From: an uncultured Lachnospiraceae bacterium
GTDB lineage: Bacteria > Bacillota > Clostridia > Lachnospirales > Lachnospiraceae
Assembly (NCBI GenBank): GCA_947589305.1
Contig: CANQAP010000006.1
Location: 12,291 to 76,290 of the forward strand
DNA length: 64,000 bases
Reading direction: 5' to 3'
Shown here: positions 1-9,665 of the stretch, in pieces
Layout: each line of letters begins with the position of its first letter
Numbering within the stretch: position 1 is the stretch's first letter
The notes under the pieces: generated by a model
Told to the model about the DNA's origin: nothing
Seen by the model: the letters and a program-made list of their open reading frames with translations, nothing else
Database searches by the model: none
Made by a program: the position numbers and the translations under genes

Positions 1-1
1 G

Positions 2-415
2 ACCGGCACCGTTCTTTCCCTGCCGAATGCTAAGCAGGAGCTTTCCGTTCAGATCGGCATTCTGCATATCACACTACCGGTCACGGACTGCGAGATTACC
101 GATACCCCTCCGGATGAACCAAACTCGCATCCGCCATCCAAAGTTCGAATGAATTTAGAGCGTGCTTCTTCGATACGTCCGGAGATCAATGTGATCGGTC
201 TGACGGTGGATGAAGCGGTTTCCCGCATTGATAAATATTTAGATGACGCTTTGTTATCGAACCTGTCGCAGGTTACGATCATTCATGGAAAAGGAACCGG
301 GGCTTTACGAAAAGGCATTCATGAATATCTCAAGCGTCAGCGGCATGTGGCGGAATTCCGCAGTGGAGAATTCGGCGAGGGTGACATCGGTGTGACCATT
401 GTTCAACTTCAATAA
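2..415 (+). CDS. mutS2: Endonuclease MutS2, C-terminal Smr domain (5' partial, enters from window edge)
   Basis: The frame is open from base 2. It carries a Smr-type motif (LTVDEA...VTIIHGKGTGALRKGIHEYL) and stops at 413-415. Confidence 0.8.
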   Translation, partial: TGTVLSLPNAKQELSVQIGILHITLPVTDCEITDTPPDEPNSHPPSKVRMNLERASSIRPEINVIGLTVDEAVSRIDKYLDDALLSNLSQVTIIHGKGTGALRKGIHEYLKRQRHVAEFRSGEFGEGDIGVTIVQLQ

Positions 416-470
416 AAAACCGCATGTTGTCGAAAGATAGATTGCAACCAAAACCGTGTAGGAGGTAACT

Positions 471-1187
471 ATGGAAAAACAAAAAATTTTGATCGTCGAT
501 GATGATGAACATATCGCGGAACTCATTTCCCTTTATCTGGTAAAGGAATGCTTTGATACCCGGATCGAAGGCGACGGTGAAGCCGCATTGCAGGCATTTA
601 AACAGTATCAGCCAAATCTCATCCTTTTGGATATCATGCTTCCCGGCATGGACGGATATGAAGTATGCAGTGAAATCCGCAAAACCAGTCAGGTGCCGAT
701 CATCATGCTTTCCGCCAAGGGCGAAGTCTTTGACAAAGTCTTGGGATTAAAACTCGGCGCCGACGATTATATTATGAAACCGTTTGATTCCAATGAAATG
801 GTCGCACGGGTACGCGCGGTGCTGCGCCGTTACCAGCCGGCTCCGTCGGCAGCCATCAATTCCAACATGGCGTCCGCTTCTTATACCGGCGATTATGTGG
901 AATATGACGGTCTGATCGTCAATATTTCCAATTACACGACCACCATCAACGGCACTGCGTTGGAGATGCCTCCGAAGGAACTGGAATTGCTGTACTTTCT
1001 CGCCAGCCAGCCAAATCAGGTCTTTACCAGAGAACAACTATTGGATCGGCTTTGGGGATATGAATATATTGGCGATACCCGTACCGTTGACGTACATGTA
1101 AAACGTATTCGTGAGAAACTTCCGGAAAATCCAAACTGGGCATTGACCACGGTTTGGGGGGTCGGATATAAATTTGAGGTTCGATAA
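471..1187 (+). CDS. OmpR-family response regulator
   Basis: AGGAGG sits before the ATG. Receiver motifs are ILIVDDDE, LLDIMLPGMDG and KPF. A winged-helix tail (TREQLLDRLWG...TVDVHVKRIREKL) follows. Confidence 0.9.
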   Translation: MEKQKILIVDDDEHIAELISLYLVKECFDTRIEGDGEAALQAFKQYQPNLILLDIMLPGMDGYEVCSEIRKTSQVPIIMLSAKGEVFDKVLGLKLGADDYIMKPFDSNEMVARVRAVLRRYQPAPSAAINSNMASASYTGDYVEYDGLIVNISNYTTTINGTALEMPPKELELLYFLASQPNQVFTREQLLDRLWGYEYIGDTRTVDVHVKRIREKLPENPNWALTTVWGVGYKFEVR

Positions 1188-2605
1188 TGTACAAACGTTT
1201 TTTTGATAAGATTGCATTGAGTTATCTGGTTATCATTATGATTATTTTCATAATGTTGATCCTTTATGCCTCAAATGCGCTACGGCAAAATCTCATAACC
1301 GAAAAACAGACGAACTTAACCAATCAGGCATCATATATTTCCGACCACTTCATCCAGCCATATGAAGAACACCAGATTTCCGCTCAGGAATTACAGACCG
1401 CATTCAATGATTGGGAGAACGAACTGACTGTCAAGATCTGGTACAGCGATCCGGACGGCAAAATTCTCTTCCTGTCACATCCGGAACAGTACGATACCGT
1501 ACCAGACTATTTAACGGACATGGACAGCTCTGATTCCTTTGAAGAATCATTCACGAAAATCGGCAACTTCTACGGTACGTTTTCGGAAGAAATGTTTACT
1601 TACAGCACCGTGATCTATCAATCACGGGAGGACCCTCTCGGTATCCTGACTCTGCATGTTCCGTTTCGTCAGATTTCGGATACGTTAAAGCACATGTTCC
1701 TGAATTTCCTTGTGCCGATTTGTATATTGATTATCTTATCTATGTTATTTTTACTATATCTTGCCCGACGTATTTTATTACCGCTCAATCAGCTAAGTAT
1801 CGCGGCACGGGAATATGCCTCCGGTAATTTTGAAGTCAAAACCCGGATCACCTCGAAAGATGAAATTGGCGAACTCGCATCCAATTTGGAATATATGGCA
1901 TCGGAATTAAATAAATTAGACGAATACCGAAAAGCATTTATCGCAAATATTTCTCATGATTTCCGTTCACCGCTCACTTCAATTAAAGGATATATCGAAG
2001 CCATGCTGGACGGAACCATACCAAAAGATAATCAGGAACGGTATCTGAATATCGTTCTTTCGGAAACCCGCCGCCTGACGAAGCTGACAACGAGTATGCT
2101 TGAATTAAATAAATCCGATTCTTACGGTTTAAAATTGGTGTTTACGAATTTTGATATCATGGAGATCGTAAATTCCACCATTGATATTTTCGAAGGTGTC
2201 TGCAAGCAGCGATATATCGTTATCAGAAAACATGTACAGACATCCGAAACGATTGTTTATGCGGATAAAACCAAAATCCAACAGGTTCTTTATAATCTGG
2301 TAGATAACGCTATCAAATTCAGCCCGTATGGCTCTACCATCACCATATCCGTAACGGATTCCAATGAAAAACTGTTTATCGCCGTTAAGGATACCGGTCA
2401 GGGCATCGATCGGGAAAAACAAACCAAGATATGGGACCGTTTCTATAAAATCGATACCTCCCGCGGTAAGGACAAACAGGGATCCGGTCTCGGGCTTTCT
2501 ATCATCCGCGAGATCATTCGCGCCCACGACGAAAATATTACCTTGACCAGTACGCCGGGTATCGGCAGTTCGTTTTCATTTTCATTGAAAAAGGGAAAAT
2601 TATAA
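1187..2605 (+). CDS. Sensor histidine kinase (2 TM, HAMP, HisKA, HATPase)
   Basis: TAATG overlap with the regulator gene. H-box ISHDFRSPLTSIKGY, N-box LYNLVDNAIKFS, G-boxes DTGQGI and GSGLGLSI. Confidence 0.9.
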   Translation: MYKRFFDKIALSYLVIIMIIFIMLILYASNALRQNLITEKQTNLTNQASYISDHFIQPYEEHQISAQELQTAFNDWENELTVKIWYSDPDGKILFLSHPEQYDTVPDYLTDMDSSDSFEESFTKIGNFYGTFSEEMFTYSTVIYQSREDPLGILTLHVPFRQISDTLKHMFLNFLVPICILIILSMLFLLYLARRILLPLNQLSIAAREYASGNFEVKTRITSKDEIGELASNLEYMASELNKLDEYRKAFIANISHDFRSPLTSIKGYIEAMLDGTIPKDNQERYLNIVLSETRRLTKLTTSMLELNKSDSYGLKLVFTNFDIMEIVNSTIDIFEGVCKQRYIVIRKHVQTSETIVYADKTKIQQVLYNLVDNAIKFSPYGSTITISVTDSNEKLFIAVKDTGQGIDREKQTKIWDRFYKIDTSRGKDKQGSGLGLSIIREIIRAHDENITLTSTPGIGSSFSFSLKKGKL

Positions 2606-2635
2606 AGGACACCTACGATGCGTAAGTGTCCTTTA
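2604..2635. terminator. Hairpin between convergent kinase and trmL genes
   Basis: AAAGGACAC-N14-GTGTCCTTT, a 9-bp stem flanked by A/T on both sides. Confidence 0.55.
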
Positions 2636-3127
2636 TCACCATTCATAATGATGTAGCTGACCTTCGAGTTGAAACCCTGAAAATCCCTGCTGCCGCATTG
2701 CCTCATATGCGATGATCGCAACCGAATTTGCCAAATTCAACGAGCGGATATCCGGCAGCATCGGAATCCGGATGCACTCCGGTTTGTGTTGTAATAAAAT
2801 CTTTTCCGGAATGCCGGCGCTCTCTTTTCCAAACATGATGTAGCAACCGTCTTCATATGGAACTTCCGTATATGTCTGCTTGGATTTTGTCGTTGCCATA
2901 TAGATATGGGCATTTGGATTTTGCTCCTTAAAATCTTCAAAATTCAGATAGCGTGTCACCTGTACCTGATACCAATAGTCCATACCTGCCCGTTTGATCT
3001 CCTTATCCGACAAACGGAACCCCAACGGTTCGATCAGATGCAGATGGGCGCCTATCGCGAGACAGGTTCTGCCGATATTACCTACGTTTCCGCCTTGTTC
3101 CGGCTCCAATAATACAACATGGATCAT
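2636..3127 (-). CDS. trmL: tRNA (cytidine/uridine-2'-O)-methyltransferase, SpoU/TrmL type
   Basis: MIHVVLLEPEQGGNVGNIGRTC and LNLANSVAIIAYEA motifs. I chose the ATG at 3127 (GGGTGG upstream) rather than the longer tracked ORF. Confidence 0.8.
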   Translation of the reverse strand: MIHVVLLEPEQGGNVGNIGRTCLAIGAHLHLIEPLGFRLSDKEIKRAGMDYWYQVQVTRYLNFEDFKEQNPNAHIYMATTKSKQTYTEVPYEDGCYIMFGKESAGIPEKILLQHKPECIRIPMLPDIRSLNLANSVAIIAYEAMRQQGFSGFQLEGQLHHYEW

Positions 3128-3138
3128 CTCATGCCACC

Positions 3139-3606
3139 CTATTCCTGCTTGATGCACAAATCCAATTCTATGAAATCTTTTTCATTGATATAAATCGGAA
3201 TACACATATTGGCAACCGAACCGGATACTTTAAAATTTCCCTCGCACAGACTCGGCGGCGTGATATCGATTCCTATATTTTTAACGGAAAAGGCGGTTGA
3301 CGCATTTCCCATGATCATATTTCCCAATTCGCAGATGGCACTCTTTGAAATCTCATCCAATTGTGTCACTTCCATAAACATCATACCGGAAGCAATTTTT
3401 AATGCGACATCCTTTTCAAAGGCGATCATAACCTGTCCCTGCATCTCACCGGTCACTCCGATCATGATCACAATGGATTCACTCGTGAAAGTGCTGTTCT
3501 TAATAAACGGTTTTCCCACACGTGGCGTCATATTACATGCTTCTGCTATGACCTTTGTTGCTGCCATCAGAAACGTATTGACATGTTCTGCATTAATTCT
3601 TGGCAT
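3139..3606 (-). CDS. cheX: CheX/CheC-family chemotaxis phosphatase-like protein
   Basis: 155 aa with the family pattern INxF...IGVTGEMQGQVMIAF...SAICELGNMIMGNA...ITPPS. Confidence 0.7.
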   Translation of the reverse strand: MPRINAEHVNTFLMAATKVIAEACNMTPRVGKPFIKNSTFTSESIVIMIGVTGEMQGQVMIAFEKDVALKIASGMMFMEVTQLDEISKSAICELGNMIMGNASTAFSVKNIGIDITPPSLCEGNFKVSGSVANMCIPIYINEKDFIELDLCIKQE

Positions 3607-3617
3607 TGGTTTCTCCC

Positions 3618-4778
3618 CTATCCTATAGTATCTAAAAAGTGCTTGATTCGACTGAACGCTTCTTTTAACTCATCAATGGAATACGCATAGGAGATGCGTA
3701 AAAATCCTTCGCCGCAATCTCCAAACGCCGTACCCGGAACAACGGCTACTTTTTCCTGTTCCAACAGTTTTTCTGCAAATTCCTCACTGCTCATGCCGAA
3801 TTTCTGAATATTCGGAAAGACATAAAAGGCACCGAACGGTTCAAAGCATTCCAGATCTAAATCCCGAAATGTCTGCATCAAAAAGCGACGCCGCTGATCA
3901 TATGCCTGTCGCATCACTTCAATATCCTTATCTCCGTGTCTGAGCGCCTCGACGGCTGCATACTGACTGTTGGTCGGCGCACACATGATCGCAAACTGAT
4001 GGATCTTTGTCATCTGCTCACAGATCAGTGCCGGTGCCAAGGCATATCCCAAACGCCATCCGGTCATTGCATATGCTTTAGAAAATCCGTTAATTACAAT
4101 CGTTCTGTCACGCATACCCGGTAATGATGCAATGCTGACATGCTTGCCTTTATAGGAAAGTTCCGCATAAATCTCATCCGAAAGCACATAGAGATCATGC
4201 TCTAATATCACCTTTGCAATTTTTTCCAAATCTTCCCGTTCCATAATTGCACCTGTCGGGTTATTCGGAAACGGCAGGATGACCACTTTGGTTTTCTCTG
4301 TGATTGCCGCTTCTAATTCCTCCGGCGTCAGTCGAAATTCATTTTTTGCCTGCAACGGTATTTGAACCGGCGTGCCGTTTGCCAACTGTACACATGGAAG
4401 ATATGAGACATAGCAAGGTTCCGGGATGATCACTTCATCACCGTCATTCAGCATCGCCCGCAATGCGATATCGATCCCTTCACTGCCGCCGACCGTAATC
4501 ACGCATTCTTTTATGGGATCATATGTAGCATGGAATTTTCGTGTATAATATTTACAGATTTCTTCCCGTAGTTCCAGTAAACCGGCATTGGACGTATAAA
4601 AGGTTTTCCCCTTTTCCAGCGTGTAAATACCTTCGTCACGCACATGCCATGGAGTATCAAAATCCGGTTCGCCGACACCGAGTGAGATCGCATCTGGCAT
4701 TTCACTGACGACATCAAAAAATTTACGGATTCCTGATGGTTTTATATTCGTTACTTTTTCTGATAATGGATTTCTCAT
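3618..4778 (-). CDS. Class I/II PLP-dependent aminotransferase
   Basis: PLP-lysine motif NGFSKAYAMTGWRLGY, with PNNPTG upstream of it. Confidence 0.85.
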   Translation of the reverse strand: MRNPLSEKVTNIKPSGIRKFFDVVSEMPDAISLGVGEPDFDTPWHVRDEGIYTLEKGKTFYTSNAGLLELREEICKYYTRKFHATYDPIKECVITVGGSEGIDIALRAMLNDGDEVIIPEPCYVSYLPCVQLANGTPVQIPLQAKNEFRLTPEELEAAITEKTKVVILPFPNNPTGAIMEREDLEKIAKVILEHDLYVLSDEIYAELSYKGKHVSIASLPGMRDRTIVINGFSKAYAMTGWRLGYALAPALICEQMTKIHQFAIMCAPTNSQYAAVEALRHGDKDIEVMRQAYDQRRRFLMQTFRDLDLECFEPFGAFYVFPNIQKFGMSSEEFAEKLLEQEKVAVVPGTAFGDCGEGFLRISYAYSIDELKEAFSRIKHFLDTIG

Positions 4779-5257
4779 GGCATTATTGCCAACCTTTCTG
4801 CTTTTGTATTGTTTGTTAATTTTACGCCGTGTTCTTTATACTTCTTTAATACGAAATGAGTCGCCGTTCCGACCACCGCTTCCATCGGCGCCAGCTTGCT
4901 GGATACAAACAATGAAACTTCTTTCATGGTCTTGCCTTTGATGATCACGGCAAAATCATACGCGCCTGACATCAGATATACGGTATCGACCTCCGGATAA
5001 TTGGCAATCCGTTCAGCGATCTTATCAAATCCTTCTCCACGCTGCGGCGTTACTTTCAGTTCGATCAAGGCAGTCACAAATTCATTTTCCGTCTTATCCC
5101 AATCTATGATGGAAGTATATCCGCAGATCACACGATCTTTTTCCAACGCCGCTATCTCCGCTTCCACTTCCGCTTCTTCCGCACCCAGCATAGCCGCTAT
5201 ATCTTTTGCGCTCAGTTTACAGTTTTCCTCTAACAGACTCAGGATGTTTGTTCTCAT
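4775..5257 (-). CDS. Lrp/AsnC-family transcriptional regulator
   Basis: 160 aa with an N-terminal HTH (LSAKDIAAMLG) and a C-terminal RAM-like half. Overlaps the aminotransferase start by 4 nt. Confidence 0.8.
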   Translation of the reverse strand: MRTNILSLLEENCKLSAKDIAAMLGAEEAEVEAEIAALEKDRVICGYTSIIDWDKTENEFVTALIELKVTPQRGEGFDKIAERIANYPEVDTVYLMSGAYDFAVIIKGKTMKEVSLFVSSKLAPMEAVVGTATHFVLKKYKEHGVKLTNNTKAERLAIMP

Positions 5258-5269
5258 TGCCCTTTACCC

Positions 5270-6256
5270 TCAATTCCTATAAATTTTATATATCTCATCA
5301 CCTTTCGGCGGCGTCAGATATCTGGTTTCTTCATCATGTATCACTATTCTATCATTATGGCTCGTCATCTGTCCAATCTTTCTTGCAGAAATTCCCAGCG
5401 TCCGCAAATGTTCCAATAGCGGATCCGGATCCGGCGTCACTGCCAAGGCGGCGCCGCCGCTTAATGCCATATACGGATTGATATCAAAAAACTCACACAC
5501 TTCTATCGTCTCCTGACGAATCGGGATCTCTTTCAAAAACACTTCCATTCCGCATCCGGTCCCTTCTCCAAGCTCCCAAAGAGCAGCAAAAACGCCGCCG
5601 GTTGAGAGATCGTGAATATAAGAAACCGACTGCCCGCATAATTCTTTCAAGATCGGATGCAGGGATAAATCCGCTCCCACACGCTTTGCCGTCTCCAAAT
5701 AGGAGTCGGAATACCGCGTGTTCAATTCTGTCCAATGATCGCCGACCAGCATAGCCGTCGTTTCCATAGCCGAAAACCCCAGCATCAAAATACTGTCGCC
5801 CGCTTTTACATGATGTATGGAATAAGTGGTATCGTTCCGTTCTCCAAACGCTATCACGGTAATGAGCGGGGTACGCAGTTCCTCTAACAATTCCGTATGT
5901 CCGCCAAGTATACTGACATGATATCTTTCACACAACGCAGACAATCGCTCCGTTATTTCCCGTATCCGTCTTTCATTTCCTCTTGCCGGCAGTACGATAT
6001 TTACCAAAATACCGGTTGCGCAAGCACCGCCCGTTTCTAATTTATTCAATGCTTTCCAAAACGCATATTTTTCCGGTTCCCGTGTCGCTACGGACGTCGT
6101 TGCCATAGCGGTCAGCAGTTGACCACCGTCTTGCAGACAGAATGCTCCGTAATCGCAACCGATTCCGGAACTCTGTATCACGCTTTCATGATTCGCCGGC
6201 AGCCATTGCAATACCGAACGCTTCAACTGTACTTCTGAAATTTTCCCTGCTTTCAT
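5270..6256 (-). CDS. AIR-synthase-related (PurM/ThiL/HypE-fold) protein, function unknown
   Basis: 328 aa. The overall pattern matches AIR-synthase-like N and C domains (GGHTELL, DLSTGG). Family assignment by eye only. Confidence 0.6.
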   Translation of the reverse strand: MKAGKISEVQLKRSVLQWLPANHESVIQSSGIGCDYGAFCLQDGGQLLTAMATTSVATREPEKYAFWKALNKLETGGACATGILVNIVLPARGNERRIREITERLSALCERYHVSILGGHTELLEELRTPLITVIAFGERNDTTYSIHHVKAGDSILMLGFSAMETTAMLVGDHWTELNTRYSDSYLETAKRVGADLSLHPILKELCGQSVSYIHDLSTGGVFAALWELGEGTGCGMEVFLKEIPIRQETIEVCEFFDINPYMALSGGAALAVTPDPDPLLEHLRTLGISARKIGQMTSHNDRIVIHDEETRYLTPPKGDEIYKIYRN

Positions 6257-6268
6257 ACTATTTCCTAT

Positions 6269-7867
6269 CTATTCAGTCACAGTATTTGAATCGGGTGCCT
6301 GTGTTGTCGAAGGATCCGAAGGCGTCGGTTCCGTTGGCTGTGCATTCGGATCTGTCGATGGATCTGTCACGTCCGGAGGTGTCGATGGCGTATTCGGATC
6401 CGAAGGTATCGTTGGTGTCTCCGGATTTTCCGGCGTGACCGTTGCGTCCGAAGGTATCGTCTCTTCCGGCGTCGGTTCCGCCGAGGTCTCTGTCGTTTCC
6501 GCAGGCGGTCCGATCGTTACCCGCTCTGGTGAAGCACTATAATAACTTGTATTTACCAAAACAGTATCTACCAATTCTCCGTTTTCATAGATATATTTCC
6601 ACAGATTTGCCCGGTATCCGGTATGTGCCGTTTGCGTAACATTCCGATAATCGGATGGTTGCGTTTCATCCACCGTTTCAATCGGATCACCGGCAGGAAT
6701 AACGCTCAGGATCTCATTTTTATATTCGATTGTCCGGTTCTCGTCGCGATATTCTTTTCCGTAAATGGAAACATGCAGCGTGCCGCCCGACGCATACGCA
6801 TAAACATAAATCGGATGTTCCGTATTATTGACAAAGCGGAAATTCTTAGTTCCTTCATTCAATGCGGCGTCCGCTGACAACTGAACATAACCGACCGCCA
6901 TAGAATGCGGATACCGCTCGGTCACTTCCAGTTCCGCCTGAAGCACTGCATTATATAATGTAGTCGATACCTGACAGATTCCTCCGCCGATATCCGAGAT
7001 AACTTCTCCGTTCAGATACGCGCCCGCATAGCTCCAACCGTTATCGGTCGTAAACGGCACCAAATGCGCCATGGTATCGAATTCTTCACCCGGATACAAT
7101 ACCGTTCCGCTGATCTTATTTGCAGCATTCATGATATTATTATTTCTGGAAACATCTCCGGCGGAATAATGTGTCTCAAACATTCCGATCTCATCCGTGA
7201 TACCCTGTAAATCCGCCGCCGTATGCTCCGGTTCCATTTCATCCGTCGCTACCGTTACCTGTAAGGTGTCGGCACCTGACCACTCTTGAATGGCATTTCG
7301 CAATTCATCGACCGTCTTTTCAGCATTCAGCGTATTTCCGCTTTCGCCTTCCACGATTTTCAAATCTCCGTCGGCATACTCGATCGTTGCGTCTTTTGGC
7401 GGAATAATATAATCAGCCAAAGCCTCATCCAATACCTGAATGAGATACTCTTCGTTAAATGACAATTCTACATCAATATGTTTCTGTTCATTTGCGATGT
7501 CGGAGATATCCCGAAACCGTCTCAGGATATTTCCTGTCCTTCCATAAGCGTATGCCTCCTCCAAGGCGGCATCCAAGTCAGCCTGTAAATCCAATTCATC
7601 CATATTGACCGTGCATTCTTCCTCTTTCAAACGGAAAGAAACCGTAACGCTTTTCAGATCACTCATATAGCTTTCATATTCTGCGCGGGCTTCTTCCTGC
7701 GTCAGACCGCTGACATCTATGGAATCGAGAAACATTCCGTCACAGATCACTTCTTGTTCTTCTTCATCTGCTTTTACCGAATCGGTATATGCAGCAGTCA
7801 GGATCAAAGCAGCAAACGTGACAAATATGATTCCCGGTGCCTTCCATTTTTTTAATTGATTCTTCAT
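6269..7867 (-). CDS. VanW-family protein with signal anchor and Pro/Thr-rich C-terminal tail
   Basis: N-terminal TM helix, VanW core GGGICQVSTTLYNAVLQAELEV, and a last ~80 aa of low-complexity P/T/E/S. Confidence 0.8.
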   Translation of the reverse strand: MKNQLKKWKAPGIIFVTFAALILTAAYTDSVKADEEEQEVICDGMFLDSIDVSGLTQEEARAEYESYMSDLKSVTVSFRLKEEECTVNMDELDLQADLDAALEEAYAYGRTGNILRRFRDISDIANEQKHIDVELSFNEEYLIQVLDEALADYIIPPKDATIEYADGDLKIVEGESGNTLNAEKTVDELRNAIQEWSGADTLQVTVATDEMEPEHTAADLQGITDEIGMFETHYSAGDVSRNNNIMNAANKISGTVLYPGEEFDTMAHLVPFTTDNGWSYAGAYLNGEVISDIGGGICQVSTTLYNAVLQAELEVTERYPHSMAVGYVQLSADAALNEGTKNFRFVNNTEHPIYVYAYASGGTLHVSIYGKEYRDENRTIEYKNEILSVIPAGDPIETVDETQPSDYRNVTQTAHTGYRANLWKYIYENGELVDTVLVNTSYYSASPERVTIGPPAETTETSAEPTPEETIPSDATVTPENPETPTIPSDPNTPSTPPDVTDPSTDPNAQPTEPTPSDPSTTQAPDSNTVTE

Positions 7868-7896
7868 AGCATTCAGCCTCCATACTCACAATGTTC

Positions 7897-7924
7897 ATTG
7901 TAACACATCTATGCCGTATTTCAA
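7897..7924 (-). promoter_or_regulatory. Candidate sigma-A promoter of the VanW gene
   Basis: Minus strand TTGAAA-16 nt-TACAAT, about 30 nt upstream of the GGAGG RBS. Confidence 0.45.
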
Positions 7925-7962
7925 GAATTCACTTATAAAAACTTTGGCTTTTATCTATTGTA

Positions 7963-8137
7963 TGGTATAATAGGAAGCACACTGAAGTGTGCGCAGGTCA
8001 TCAACCTTCGGTTGGTGACAAACTATAATAGGAAGCACACTGATGTGTGCGCAGGTCATCAACCTACGGTTGGTGACAAACTATAATAGGAAGCACACTG
8101 ATGTGTGCTATGTCATCAACCTACGGTTGGTGACATG
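7963..8137. repeat. Three tandem copies of a 58-bp unit, each with two hairpins
   Basis: The unit is TATAATAGGAAGCACACTGAWGTGTGC(GCAG)GTCATCAACCTWCGGTTGGTGACAAAC. TATAAT anchors lie at 7966, 8024 and 8082. Confidence 0.9.
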
Positions 8138-8159
8138 ATACCTGACCTGCTTGCGGTCA

Positions 8160-8267
8160 TTACATCATGCTTGGCACTACGACGCCAAGCACCATAGCGA
8201 TCACAATGAGGATCACAATAATGGAAGAAAGAATCCTCTTTGTCTTTTTGTTATGGAAATTCATCAT
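8160..8267 (-). CDS. Untracked 35-aa hydrophobic peptide (candidate small membrane protein or type I toxin-like)
   Basis: ATG at 8267 with AGAGGTG 7 nt upstream. Product is MMNFHNKKTKRILSSIIVILIVIAMVLGVVVPSMM, with TAA at 8160-8162. Too short for the ORF track and has no homology support. Confidence 0.35.
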   Translation of the reverse strand: MMNFHNKKTKRILSSIIVILIVIAMVLGVVVPSMM

Positions 8268-8300
8268 TTTTTACACCTCTTTCATGAAAGGAACCGAACG

Positions 8301-8924
8301 ATGCCCCGTTTTATTGCAATTTTACGTCCCTTAATTATTATACTTCCGATTTTATGTCTCATACTCATGCACCGGATCAAACGTACCAAGCGACTTGGTG
8401 AACAGCAGTCCTCCCAATTCTGGGAACGGGAAGCCAAAGCTGATACCGTCCGGAAACAAGACATATCCCATCTTGATTATATTTATATTCCGATAGAGAC
8501 ACTTCCGTTTGGTTTGGATGCCTCTCCTCAGGCAAAAGCGTTTGAAGAAACGATTCGCCAGTTGGATCAGTCCCAGATCCTGAACCTGAACAAGTATACC
8601 AATACCGACCTGAAGATGACATATGGCGCCGCCAATCTTGCGTTTTTAACCGAATGTGACGAACGTTATACACTGCTGATACGTACACTGTATCAATGGT
8701 CCTGCCTGTTGCTCGAAGACGGTTATCTGTCTGCCGCTATCCGGATCGCCGAGTATAGTATCGATATCGGCTCCGATATCTCCGGCTGTTATTATATGCT
8801 CGCCGATTATTATCAGTCTGTCAACGATCGCGAAGCCTTGGAACAATTACGCCAAACCGCTGATTCACTAGACGGTATTCAGGCAAATCTCATTCAGGAA
8901 TATCTTAACAAATCCCAAGAGTGA
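8301..8924 (+). CDS. Hypothetical membrane-anchored protein
   Basis: ATG at 8301 with AAAGGA upstream, an N-terminal TM helix (FIAILRPLIIILPILCLILM) and a helical C-terminal part. The His-rich stretch 8151-8300 is antisense to the small ORF and was excluded. Confidence 0.55.
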   Translation: MPRFIAILRPLIIILPILCLILMHRIKRTKRLGEQQSSQFWEREAKADTVRKQDISHLDYIYIPIETLPFGLDASPQAKAFEETIRQLDQSQILNLNKYTNTDLKMTYGAANLAFLTECDERYTLLIRTLYQWSCLLLEDGYLSAAIRIAEYSIDIGSDISGCYYMLADYYQSVNDREALEQLRQTADSLDGIQANLIQEYLNKSQE

Positions 8925-8951
8925 TGGCAAGGGATTTCCCAGTGAAAGATA

Positions 8952-9626
8952 TCAGGAATCCGTTTGTTTTTTTCGACGGTTCTGATTCCGGTTTCTGTCC
9001 TGATAATCCTTACAGACCTCTGCCAGCGGACATTCTCCGCATTTTGGATTTCGTGCCGTACAGATTGTTCTTCCATGTGTGATGATCTGGATATTATATA
9101 AGATCCATTGCTCTTTCGGCAGTACCTTCATCAGTTCCTGTTCTACCATCACCGGATCGTCGCTATTTGATAATCCCAGTTTTTTCGAAATCCGTTTCAC
9201 ATGGGTATCCACCACGATACTTGGATCATGATAAATGTTTCCGCGGATCACATTTGCCGTTTTCCTTCCCACGCCATCCAGTCGTGTCAGTTCTTCTATA
9301 TCTCTTGGCACCTCGCCGTTATAGTCGTCGATCAGCTTTCTGGCACATGCTTTAATATTCTTTGCTTTGTTTTTATAAAATCCGGTCGAATAAATATCCC
9401 GTTCGAGTTCTTTCAGATCACAATTTGCAAAACTTTCCAAGTCTTTATACTTTACAAATAAATCCTTTGTCACCAAATTGACACGTGCATCCGTACACTG
9501 CGCGCTGAGCATCGTGGCGATCAAAAGCTGCCACGCATTATCGTGATTCAGATAACACTTATATTCTGTCGTATACGTTTCGTTTAATATTCTTACAATT
9601 TCCGCCACCCGTTCCCGTTTGGTCAT
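8952..9626 (-). CDS. nth: Endonuclease III
   Basis: HhH motif LDGVGRKTANVI and 4Fe-4S cluster motif CTARNPKCGECPLAEVC. Confidence 0.9.
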   Translation of the reverse strand: MTKRERVAEIVRILNETYTTEYKCYLNHDNAWQLLIATMLSAQCTDARVNLVTKDLFVKYKDLESFANCDLKELERDIYSTGFYKNKAKNIKACARKLIDDYNGEVPRDIEELTRLDGVGRKTANVIRGNIYHDPSIVVDTHVKRISKKLGLSNSDDPVMVEQELMKVLPKEQWILYNIQIITHGRTICTARNPKCGECPLAEVCKDYQDRNRNQNRRKKQTDS

Positions 9627-9665
9627 GGTCCGTCCTCCCGTCTTTTTTCCTTTGCCGTATATTCA

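Noticed and set aside
7963-8137. Possible CRISPR array.
   Set aside because: The units are directly adjacent with no unique spacers, there are only three copies, and no cas genes are present.
8151-8300. A His-rich 50-codon N-terminal extension of the 8151-8924 ORF, starting at TTG.
   Set aside because: It is the reverse complement of the hydrophobic 35-codon frame, and its composition is a mirror artefact. The ATG at 8301 has an RBS and begins a normal TM anchor.
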